Assembly: GCA_015493495.1 (NCBI GenBank)
Contig: WGDB01000033.1
Span: forward strand, 7,479 to 71,478
Direction of reading: 5' to 3'
Source: Helicobacteraceae bacterium
GTDB taxonomy: Bacteria > Campylobacterota > Campylobacteria > Campylobacterales > Sulfurimonadaceae
Length of the DNA: 64,000 nucleotides
Of the stretch, positions 46,201 to 53,621 are shown one piece after another. The notes under the pieces were generated by a model. It was not told the DNA's origin and made no database searches. It was given only the letters and a program-made list of their open reading frames with translations. A program made the position numbers and the translations under genes. Numbering within the stretch: the first letter of the stretch is position 1; each line of letters starts with the position of its first letter.

Positions 46201-46428
46201 TACGACCCCTGGTGGAACCCTGCCGCAGAAGACCAAGCCACAGACAGAGCCTATCGCATAGGTCAGGACAAACCTGTATTTGTTTATAAGCTCATCATCG
46301 AAGATAGTGTTGAAGAGAAGATCTTAGCGCTACAGGCTCAGAAAAAAGATCGTGCTAATGCACTTTACAGTGATGACAAAGAAGCAACTTCTATGGATGC
46401 TGCTTCTTTGTTGGAGTTGTTTAGTTGA
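43258..46428 (+). CDS. SWIM zinc-finger / SNF2 family helicase
   Basis: 1056 aa. CSCPVGRECKH SWIM motif near the N-terminus. SNF2 motifs LADDMGLGKTIQ, DEAQNIKN, SGTPMENHL, LKAGGVGLNLT and DRAYRIGQ. The ATG directly abuts the uvrA stop. Confidence 0.92.
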   Translation: MISYTLNDIRSMTSEAFFKRGSDYYSEQRSSIRDFEMVASDLMVISAVTKGSSNYVQSISVMRDEMGQVKLKGRCSCPVGRECKHVVSSALTFMVEHNFLSLKSKPKVSEGEAWLDALEATLTSPSERKSILIYRLSPTTEAGKMQLVFYRARLLKKGGYGKQNRIEYHQLINSYNSRDFLSETDKEILDLFGALESRVNRVAYIEGELGGLLLQKMVATGNAYWHGNRNTALSFGERLKSSVKWQEGGRESKLELELPKHVEVLVTQPPFYVDIKKHIVGRLELEGMDEKHLPLILKAPAIKNREIQDFTLAALTMLPSLPLPSRMECEVVEEVPVARLHLFSALHEGQKAHMLELTFGYGNDLVYGAEVGAISLRKEDETIIKVMRDLAFENEAKQRLEVFGFSELVEDTRALFMPLTNGLELWRTFVSTGIAELESLGFEIEIDSSFMMKFSEVQTVDILVDEKQGWFDLNMHVEVEGQEVNLLEVVSELVSNVATNSEIPETLTFELQENHFVTIPAEQFQPIVKTVLALYKGERVSRLEVQPYEVHTLPQKAKKVHYKGKATASVNKLQEALKNFEGIKEVPVSQGLQATLRDYQQEGVNWLGFLESYGFGGILADDMGLGKTIQTLAFLQQHKEQGVLQNPVLIVAPTSLLSNWKNEAKKFTPDLRVKIHHGLKRKKEIASMSDCDILITTYALLSRDIALLEQMQFDFFILDEAQNIKNHKSKAHAAAKKVKAKNAIALSGTPMENHLGELWAIFDVVMPNFLDDYKNFKTFYQSPIEKEHDMTRSAMLRERIAPFVLRRTKEKVAKELPAKTIMTRSITFDKDQAKLYEGIRISMEKRVRDVIKEKGLGKSHITILDALLKLRQVCCDPRLVPLEEAKAVQHSAKLEMLLELVEELLEEGRRILIFSQFTTMLSIIEEALLKRDIPLSKLTGSTTNREKVIDKFTSGEAHVFLISLKAGGVGLNLTQADTVIHYDPWWNPAAEDQATDRAYRIGQDKPVFVYKLIIEDSVEEKILALQAQKKDRANALYSDDKEATSMDAASLLELFS

Positions 46429-46434
46429 TGATTA
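46401..46434. repeat. Direct repeat copy 1 (3' end of the SNF2 gene)
   Basis: TGCTTCTTTGTTGGAGTTGTTTAGTTGATGATTA matches 48239-48272 at 33 of 34 positions. The single mismatch is synonymous (TTG/TTA Leu). Confidence 0.85.
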
Positions 46435-46475
46435 AAATTGACAGTCAAAAGTGGTCAAGCGTACTGGCTCTGTTT

Positions 46476-46718
46476 TTAGTAACTGTTCTGTCTATGTAAA
46501 ACTCTACCAATAACTATAGTGTCATTTACTACATCAAAAAGTACTCTATAATTTCCAACCCTCAATCGGTAGGCAGGTTCAAAGTTTGTAAGCTTTTTGA
46601 TGTTTTGTATGTTTGGAAAATTTTTCAATTCTGAAATTTTATGATGAATATTACTTTTAAATGGTTCTGAAACTTGTTTGAAATCTTTAATAGCACTTTT
46701 TCGAATTTCAATTTTCAT
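46476..46718 (-). CDS. RelE/ParE family toxin
   Basis: 80 aa. YRLRVGNYRVLFDVVNDTIVIGRVLHRQ is the typical RelE/StbE C-terminal core. Confidence 0.85.
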   Translation of the reverse strand: MKIEIRKSAIKDFKQVSEPFKSNIHHKISELKNFPNIQNIKKLTNFEPAYRLRVGNYRVLFDVVNDTIVIGRVLHRQNSY

Positions 46719-46896
46719 TTTTTAAATAATCTTCAAAAGATACAGTCTCTTCATCTCTTGTGGCGTGCAATAACTTCAAATCATCAATGTTTTCTTTTGA
46801 AGTAATCTCTAATCCATCTTTTTTAAAATGCTCTAATAACCATAAAACTTTTTCTGTTAATGTCTCATTTTTGATATTAATTGTTAGTGTTTGCAT
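46708..46896 (-). CDS. Putative cognate antitoxin
   Basis: Start at the internal ATG (rc of 46894-46896) preceded by GGAG. 62 aa. Overlaps the toxin start by 11 nt. No family recognised. Confidence 0.55.
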   Translation of the reverse strand: MQTLTINIKNETLTEKVLWLLEHFKKDGLEITSKENIDDLKLLHATRDEETVSFEDYLKNEN

Positions 46897-47003
46897 AAAA
46901 TTTCTCCAATATCTTAGAATTTTATTATTATATCGAATTAAAAGCAAAGAAGAAAAAGAAATCTGTAGTTACAGAAATCAAAGATATCGATCAAAAAGAA
47001 GTT

Positions 47004-47227
47004 TTATGCACATATGGAAAGTTTATGTTCTTTTTCTGCGGCATAGGCTAGTAGAGCATATAAATCATCCTCTTTTAACTCTGGATAATCCGCTAACATC
47101 TCTTTAAAAGCCATGCCATCGGAGAGCATCTCAAAACATCATAGACAGTGATCCACATACTACGGATAATAGGCTTACCCGATCTTATATTGGGGTCTAT
47201 TGTAATAGTTTTCTGATAATTTAGCAT
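47004..47227 (-). pseudogene. DUF433 gene inactivated by a 1-nt frameshift
   Basis: Frame 1: MLNYQKTITIDPNIRSGKPIIRSMWITVYD. Frame 2: FEMLSDGMAFKEMLADYPELKEDDLYALLAYAAEKEH. The total span of 224 nt is not a multiple of 3. The shift maps to the A4 run at 47133-47136 (T4 in the sense strand). Confidence 0.7.
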
Positions 47228-47401
47228 ATATACTCCCTTTTACAATTTATTTATTGTAACGTAATTATAAAAATACGGTAGCATTATCTTTATCTAAATC
47301 GAAAGATAGTTGACTCAGAAAATTGGCCAAACTAAAAATGATCTATTATCAGATACTTTTCTTCTTTTTAAATTAATATTGGTGTCCTGACCCCATTTTT
47401 C

Positions 47402-48169
47402 TTGTACTACATGAATGGTCTCTCATATAGAGAGTTCTTGGAGCTTAAACTCTCTATTACACTTTCTCACTACACTTTAGACGAACTCTTAGCAAACCAC
47501 ATCGAGATAACGGACAGACTGACAGAACATTTTTTACCACTTGAACATTTGCAAGAGTATCTTACTTATGGTTATTATCCTTTCTATTTTAGAGAAAAGG
47601 GACAGTACCTGCGTCAACTCAACGCGGTAGTAAATCAGACCATAGATATAGACTTGGTGAATCTTGGCTTGGTGAAGCAGAGCTTTACCAACAAACTTAA
47701 AAAGCTTCTTCTGATCATCAGTACATCAAATCCTTATGAGCTTAATGTCACCAAGGTGGCTGGTAATGTTGAAGTAAGTAGAAATACACTCTATGCCTAT
47801 CTTCAAAACCTGGACAAGGGTGGTTTGTTAAACATTATAGGAAGTACTAAAAAAGGTATCAGCAAGCTGAGTAAACCTGAGAAACTTTACCTGAATAACA
47901 CCAATATATTTTACACCTTCGGTACAGAGTCAAAAGTAGGAACCATAAGAGAGACCTTTTTTGTCTCTCAACTCAAGCACCTTTACGATGTAGAGGTCTC
48001 TGACAAAGGGGACTTTGTGGTAGATAAAAAGTACACATTTGAAGTAGGTGGAAGTTCCAAAAAATTTAAACAGATCAAAGATGTGGAAAATTCCTACTTA
48101 GTCATCGACACAGACAGTACTGAAAACAGTCATAAAATACCGTTGTGGCTGTTTGGCTTTTTGTATTAG
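47402..48169 (+). pseudogene. 5'-truncated AAA ATPase (AAA_14/DUF4143-type), C-terminal two-thirds only
   Basis: MNGLSYREFLEL... corresponds to the segment after the P-loop domain in full-length proteins of about 400 aa. No Walker A is encoded upstream. In-frame stop at 47369. Only a TTG start is available. Confidence 0.6.
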
Positions 48170-48238
48170 AGAATTTTTATCTTGATCTAAAGGGTATTAG
48201 ACAACATATAGAAGGACTCATCACCAGACCCTTTTTTT

Positions 48239-48272
48239 TGCTTCTTTGTTGGAGTTATTTAGTTGATGATTA
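48239..48272. repeat. Direct repeat copy 2 (orphan copy of the SNF2 gene 3' end)
   Basis: See 46401-46434. In the same frame it encodes ASLLELFS-stop, but there is no gene upstream of it. Confidence 0.85.
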
Positions 48273-48351
48273 GAGTTAATATAAGGAATGACATATTTCA
48301 TAACTGAGATATTAGTTGTTTATTAAACTAAGAAAAGTGGCTATTAAATCT

Positions 48352-48380
48352 AAAAAAAAAGGGTCGAAAAAAAGGGTCGG
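48352..48380. repeat. Tandem A-run + GGGTCG motif (2 copies), with an inverted partner at 48217-48238
   Basis: AAAAAAAAAGGGTCG AAAAAAAGGGTCGG. The rc of 48364-48392 aligns with GGACTCATCACCAGACCCTTTT (48214-48235) at about 18 of 22 positions. Confidence 0.5.
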
Positions 48381-48425
48381 ATGATGAATCTTTCCAAAAT
48401 AGGTAGAGTTTATGGTTAATTGCTC

Positions 48426-48700
48426 TTAAACCTCTTTTTTAAGAACCTTTTGAACAAAAGCGTTGCGTGATATTCCTGCTTTTAAAGCTTCGTGGTAGAT
48501 GCTTTTATGAAGTTCAGGGTCTATTCTGACGTTGAAAACACCTTTATAAATCTTTTGTGGTTCACGTCCAAGTACTTTACTAGCGGTAATGTACCTATCT
48601 ACAAATATTTGAAAGTTTGTTTTTGTCTTCTTCAGCAGCCGATGTCTCAAAGATTATAGTGTTGTCTTTATCTCTAAATTTTCTTTTGATCTCAGTAAAA
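48426..48700 (-). pseudogene. Decayed HicB-family antitoxin (5'-truncated and frameshifted)
   Basis: The C-terminal frame gives LGREPQKIYKGVFNVRIDPELHKSIYHEALKAGISRNAFVQKVL (RHH-type HicB tail). An upstream segment, DNTIIFETSAAEEDKNKL, lies in another frame. Only a TTG start is available, and there is no hicA partner. Confidence 0.5.
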
Positions 48701-48775
48701 AGCTAAGACGCTATAAGCCTTAACTTGGATAAAATGCCACACCTATAAAGTTTCAAGATCAAAGGTTTAATTATA

Positions 48776-51025
48776 ATGAGTGAGAGAAAAGATTTTTTAC
48801 GTACCATCGTGGCTGATGACTTAAAAGCAGGCAAGTATGATGAGGTTGTGACCAGGTTTCCTCCAGAGCCTAATGGATTTCCACATATAGGTCATGCCAA
48901 GTCCATCGCTATAAACTTTGGGATCGCGCGTGATTATGATGGTCATTGTAACCTTAGAATGGATGACACCAATCCAACGACGGAAGACACTAAGTACGTC
49001 GAAGCGCTTAAAGAAGCCGTAGAGTGGTTGGGGTTTGACTGGGGAGACACGGTCTACTTTACCTCTGACTATTTTCCTAAGATCTATGATTATGCGATAC
49101 AACTCATTAAGATGGGCAAGGCCTATGTTGACAGCTTGGACGAAGAAGAGATCCGTGAGTATCGTGGTACTGTGACTCAAGCAGGTAAGCGCAGTAAGTA
49201 TGCTGAACGCAGTGTAGAAGAGAACCTGGATCTTTTTGAACGTATGAAAAAGGGTGAGTTTAAAGAGGGTGAGCATGTCCTTCGTGCCAAGATCGATATG
49301 GCGGCTGCTAACATGAAGATGCGTGACCCATTGATGTACCGTATCAGACATGCCCATCACTTCAGAACAGGAAACGAGTGGGCGGTTTATCCTATGTATG
49401 ACTTTGCACACTGTCTTTCTGACTATATAGAAGGGGTCTCTCACTCCATCTGTACTTTGGAGTTTGAGAACAACCGTGATGTCTATAACTGGGTACTCGA
49501 CACACTTGAGCTTGAGCCTCCACGTCCTTACCAGCATGAGTTTGCACGTTTGGGAATCAACTACACAGTTATGAGTAAAAGAAAGCTTTTAGAGCTGGTT
49601 CAAAGTGGTGTGGTTGACGGTTGGGATGATCCCCGTCTGCCAACGATTGCCGGATATAAGAGAAAAGGGTACACCCCTGAGTCTATTTTGACTTTTTGTG
49701 AGCAGATAGGTATTGCCAAGGCAAACTCTATGGTCGATGTCTCACAGCTTGAGTTCTGCATTAGAGATGACTTGAACACTAAAGTCCCTCGTGTTATGTG
49801 TGTGATCAACCCTCTTAAAGTGACCATCACAAACTATGAAGGCAGTGAAGCACTGGATGCTTCGTATTATCCGGATGATGTTCCTAAAGAGGGCTCAAGA
49901 AAACTGCCTTTTTCCAAAGAGATCTATATAGACCGTGAAGACTTTACAGAGGCACCTTCAAAAGGTTATTTCCGCCTGACTCCTGAGCAGCCGGTGAGAC
50001 TTAAACATGCTTATATCATAGAGTGTCAAGAGGTCATTAAAGATGCTGACGGCAAGATAACAGAGATCAAAGCACACTATCATGCTACATCTAAAAGTGG
50101 TGCTGACACCAGTGGTATCAAGGTCAAGAGTGCCATACAGTGGGTGGACGCCGCAACAGCTAAAGAGGTCGAGGTGAGGCTTTATGACAGACTCTTCTCT
50201 TGTGAAGCACCTGAAGGCGTAGAGGACATTAACCCAGACTCATTAAAAGTCATAAAGTCTGCGCTGATCGAACCTGCTGTGATCACTGACAAACCAGATG
50301 AGAGATTTCAGTTTGAGAGAGAAGGATACTTCTACGCAGACCCTGTTGACTACAGTGATGAAAAGCCAGTCTTTAACAAAATAGTGGGTCTTAAAGACTC
50401 TTGGGGTAAAAAGAGTAAAGCGCGTAAAGTTACACCTAAACCTCAAGCTAAAAAGGTACAGGTTGATGGCGAAGTAGCCCCTATGAGTGAAGCAGAACAG
50501 GCACTGTTTGAGAAGTATCAAAATGAGCTTGGGCTTAACAGTGAAGTGGCAAACACTCTGGCACGTGACGAACAGCTTTCATCTTTTTATGAAGCAGCGC
50601 TGTCTATACACAGTACCCCTGTCACACTTGCTAACATGGTCAGTAATGAGGTGGCAAGAGAGCTTAAAGAGAAGTCTGCCTCTGCACTGAAGTTTACTGC
50701 AGAGCAGGTCGCTGAACTGGTCAAAATGATCGATGATAGCACCATCTCAAACAAAATAGCAAAACAGGTCTTTGAAGAGATGGTAAAGTCGGGAGATAAT
50801 CCTGCAAAAATCGTAGAAGCCAAGGGTCTTGTCCAGATCAGTGATCCTTCTAAAATAGCACCTATTATCGATGACATCATTGAAAAGAACCCTGACAATG
50901 TTGCCAAGTTTAAAGCAGGTAACACCAAGCTTCTGGGCTTCTTTGTCGGGCAGGTTCTTAAAGCCACTGGAGGCAAAGCAAACCCTCAAGTGGTTAATGC
51001 ACTTGTAGCTGAGAAGTTACAATAA
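48776..51025 (+). CDS. glnS: Glutaminyl-tRNA synthetase fused to a C-terminal GatB/YqeY domain
   Basis: 749 aa. RFPPEPNGFPHIGHAKS (HIGH) and VMSKR (KMSKS). After a Lys-rich linker, the last about 160 aa (…ISNKIAKQVFEEM…GLVQISD…LLGFFVGQVLKATGGKANPQVV) form a GatB/YqeY-type domain. Confidence 0.9.
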   Translation: MSERKDFLRTIVADDLKAGKYDEVVTRFPPEPNGFPHIGHAKSIAINFGIARDYDGHCNLRMDDTNPTTEDTKYVEALKEAVEWLGFDWGDTVYFTSDYFPKIYDYAIQLIKMGKAYVDSLDEEEIREYRGTVTQAGKRSKYAERSVEENLDLFERMKKGEFKEGEHVLRAKIDMAAANMKMRDPLMYRIRHAHHFRTGNEWAVYPMYDFAHCLSDYIEGVSHSICTLEFENNRDVYNWVLDTLELEPPRPYQHEFARLGINYTVMSKRKLLELVQSGVVDGWDDPRLPTIAGYKRKGYTPESILTFCEQIGIAKANSMVDVSQLEFCIRDDLNTKVPRVMCVINPLKVTITNYEGSEALDASYYPDDVPKEGSRKLPFSKEIYIDREDFTEAPSKGYFRLTPEQPVRLKHAYIIECQEVIKDADGKITEIKAHYHATSKSGADTSGIKVKSAIQWVDAATAKEVEVRLYDRLFSCEAPEGVEDINPDSLKVIKSALIEPAVITDKPDERFQFEREGYFYADPVDYSDEKPVFNKIVGLKDSWGKKSKARKVTPKPQAKKVQVDGEVAPMSEAEQALFEKYQNELGLNSEVANTLARDEQLSSFYEAALSIHSTPVTLANMVSNEVARELKEKSASALKFTAEQVAELVKMIDDSTISNKIAKQVFEEMVKSGDNPAKIVEAKGLVQISDPSKIAPIIDDIIEKNPDNVAKFKAGNTKLLGFFVGQVLKATGGKANPQVVNALVAEKLQ

Positions 51026-51170
51026 TCCATATATTTCTTTGTGGTGAAATAACTACTGCTTAATCAAAAAGTTGATGTTCAATCGAACATTGACCCAACA
51101 GAGATCTAACCATATTCTAAATATCTTCCCTTATCCATCATCTCTCACTAAAATATGCTAGACTTCCCTC

Positions 51171-51464
51171 ATGGCAACACAACTTGAAAATCAGTCCGAA
51201 CTTTTGACACGCGAACCCAAAAAATTTGCCGTATTTATGCTTAATGATGACTACACAACGTGGGAATTCTGCGTTCGTATTATTACCACTGTATTTCATA
51301 AAAATGTTCAAGAAGCAGACGCTATTACCCATGACATACATACCAAAGGCAAAGGGTTGTGCGGTGTTTACAACTATGAGATCGCGGAGACTAAGGCTTC
51401 TATTGTGAAACAGCAGGCGCGTAAAGAGGGGTTTCCCATGTCCTGTTCAGTTGAAGAGCAGTAA
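51171..51464 (+). CDS. clpS: ATP-dependent Clp protease adaptor ClpS
   Basis: 97 aa. FAVFMLNDDYTTWEFCVRII...FHKNVQEADAITHDIHTKGKGLCGVY. Confidence 0.9.
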   Translation: MATQLENQSELLTREPKKFAVFMLNDDYTTWEFCVRIITTVFHKNVQEADAITHDIHTKGKGLCGVYNYEIAETKASIVKQQARKEGFPMSCSVEEQ

Positions 51465-51468
51465 GCAT

Positions 51469-52248
51469 ATGTACTACCATCGTCTCCTTATCTCGTACAA
51501 AGGCACTAACTACTTTGGTTGGCAAGATCTGGGTGCAAGTCAAGAGAAGCTTAGTGTTGAGGCAAGTCTCCACAAAGTACTCAAAAAAATCTGTAAAGAT
51601 CAGCCTTATAGTATGTCCGCTGCCAGTCGAACCGATGCGGGCGTCCATGCGCAGGGGCAAGTAATAAAGATCACTATGAGTCTATTACTTGATTCTGAAA
51701 AACTTCTGCTGGGTATGAACTCACTATTACCTGATGATATTCGTGTTTTAAAAAGCGAACTGTGTTCCTCAGAACTTAATGTAAATAAAGACAGCACAAG
51801 CAAAGAGTATCACTATTATTTTTGTACGGACACTATCCATAACCCAGTTCTTAATGATATCATGGCGCATATCCCCTCTAACGCTAAAGCAGGGGTACTT
51901 GATATAGAGAGTATGCAAAAAGGCTGTAAACTGTTTGTTGGAGAACATGACTTTTATAGCTTCGCGAAACGAGATAGAAACATGCATTCAACCTTTCGTA
52001 CTGTTTTGAGCTGTGAGATAGTGCAGGTTCAGCCTTCAATGTTTGGCAATAATGTTTACTATATCAAGATCGTAGGCAAGGGTTTTTTGAGGTATATGGT
52101 GCGGTATATTGCCGGGGCACTGTTTGCACTAGGTAGAAAACAGATCAGCCAGAGTGATATTAGTGAAGCACTACTTGAGCATAAAGAAGAAAAACTAAGT
52201 TCCCGAGCCAAGTCTCGAGGATTGCATTTGATTCAAGTTTCTTATTAG
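51469..52248 (+). CDS. Second TruA-family pseudouridine synthase
   Basis: Start at ATG 51469, after the clpS stop. ISYKGTNYFGWQ and catalytic SRTDAGVHA. A paralog of the gene at 3579-4304. Confidence 0.85.
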   Translation: MYYHRLLISYKGTNYFGWQDLGASQEKLSVEASLHKVLKKICKDQPYSMSAASRTDAGVHAQGQVIKITMSLLLDSEKLLLGMNSLLPDDIRVLKSELCSSELNVNKDSTSKEYHYYFCTDTIHNPVLNDIMAHIPSNAKAGVLDIESMQKGCKLFVGEHDFYSFAKRDRNMHSTFRTVLSCEIVQVQPSMFGNNVYYIKIVGKGFLRYMVRYIAGALFALGRKQISQSDISEALLEHKEEKLSSRAKSRGLHLIQVSY

Positions 52249-52329
52249 GCGTAACATATATAAAAGCTCAAAAATACAATCACTCGAATACTGCTATACT
52301 TCCATTATATTAATGCCACAGGATAAATA

Positions 52330-52983
52330 ATGATAGACTCATATGAACTACTACTTTCAGATTACATCTCCAAAGAGGACTTTTTTAGATTTGGTCTTGA
52401 AAAGACCATTTACATCCCGGATGCTAAAGTGGAAGCAGAGTGGCAAAGCCTTAAAAAGAACATTATAAACAATAAGGCCGTATTTATTCGTGGCTTCAAA
52501 AGCAGTACAGGGATGCACATGGCATCTGACTTTTACAGTAAGCTCTTTGAAAACAAGCAGGTAAAGAAAGATCCTTCCAACACACAAAATCCTGCTAAGA
52601 TCATAGAAAAACTTACCGGTTACAAAAAAGCGAAAGACCTTAAAAACTATCAGTTGACCTCGGTATTTGGCCGCAGCAGAAACATCCTGGCCTTCTGTGC
52701 CCCATGGAACATCGTCTACATTCCAAGTATCTTAGACCCACTGCTTTCAGCAGAAGCCAACACTGACTTAGCAAACGAATTTAAGAGACGCTTTCAGCAA
52801 CACAGTTATGAGAAGTTTAAACCTTATATTGATGAGTTCAACCAGATGATCAGTAATCATCAGTTTCAAAAGTCTATGGATGAGTACTTTCAAAAACTGT
52901 TTGACGATGGCCACTTCGATAAAGATGAGATGATCGCTTTTGAAAACATTATTAGAGAAGATTTTAGACCTATAAAGGTTTAG
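52330..52983 (+). CDS. Hypothetical protein
   Basis: 217 aa, soluble, no motif confidently recognised. Its 3' end is duplicated at 55134-55193. Confidence 0.65.
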   Translation: MIDSYELLLSDYISKEDFFRFGLEKTIYIPDAKVEAEWQSLKKNIINNKAVFIRGFKSSTGMHMASDFYSKLFENKQVKKDPSNTQNPAKIIEKLTGYKKAKDLKNYQLTSVFGRSRNILAFCAPWNIVYIPSILDPLLSAEANTDLANEFKRRFQQHSYEKFKPYIDEFNQMISNHQFQKSMDEYFQKLFDDGHFDKDEMIAFENIIREDFRPIKV

Positions 52984-53059
52984 AACTCACAACAAATATT
53001 ATGTTATTGCTTGTGAAGCCCTTATGTTATAATCATATATTAAAAACTTGGAGAAAATT

Positions 53060-53302
53060 ATGATACAGCTATCAATACAAGAGCCAAAAATAGAAGAGTA
53101 TTTTAATAGTTCCAAAGAAGAGATCATGCAAGCATTAAAATTTATCGTTGATAATGAGATACATGATTTTTCTCCCATAAACAACACGTCTACGCTTAGT
53201 GAAGAGCAGAAAAAAGAACTTGCTTCAAGGAGTGACTCTTTTCATGAAGAACCCTTAATGGGGCGTTACTGGAATGATGTTAAAGCTGATCTAGAAAGAT
53301 AG
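53060..53302 (+). CDS. Antitoxin (addiction-module component, Unstab_antitox-like C-terminus)
   Basis: ATG 53060, 6 nt after GGAGA. The C-terminal LSEEQKKELASRSDSFHEEPLMGRYWNDVKADL matches the pattern of the putative addiction module component family. Confidence 0.7.
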   Translation: MIQLSIQEPKIEEYFNSSKEEIMQALKFIVDNEIHDFSPINNTSTLSEEQKKELASRSDSFHEEPLMGRYWNDVKADLER

Positions 53303-53304
53303 TT

Positions 53305-53601
53305 TTGACTTTAAAACTACATTCTCTTGCAGAAAATGATTTAAAGATTGCGTTGAATTATTATTATGAAATAAGCCCTAAATTAGAGAAAAAGTTTTTG
53401 TCCCATATTGATAAACAATTTAACAACATTTTAAAATCTCCTAACACTTATCAATATGAGACTGAAATATCTCAAAAAGTGATCATAGATAAATTTCCAT
53501 ACATCATTTTGTATGAACAATTTGAAGACTTGATCATGATATTAGCGCTCTTTCATACAAAACAACATCCAGATAAATTAACCAATCGAGATAGTAAATG
53601 A
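53305..53601 (+). CDS. ParE/RelE family toxin
   Basis: 98 aa. AENDLKIALNYY...FPYIILYEQFEDLIMILALFHTKQHP is typical of ParE-like toxins. TTG start 2 nt after the antitoxin stop. Confidence 0.8.
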   Translation: MTLKLHSLAENDLKIALNYYYEISPKLEKKFLSHIDKQFNNILKSPNTYQYETEISQKVIIDKFPYIILYEQFEDLIMILALFHTKQHPDKLTNRDSK

Positions 53602-53621
53602 ATTTTGAGCAATAGGACATT

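Noticed and set aside
48352-48380. A-run/GGGTCG tandem as a CRISPR-like or attC-like array
   Set aside because: There are only two short direct copies with no spacers, and no cas genes or integron integrase in the window.
48821-49537. 238-aa minus-strand ORF
   Set aside because: It is antisense within the catalytic core of glnS and is a shadow ORF.
51080-51105. ATGTTC-aatc-GAACAT inverted repeat between glnS and clpS as terminator or operator
   Set aside because: The arms are only 6 bp in an AT-rich spacer and no U-tract follows. This is too weak to call.
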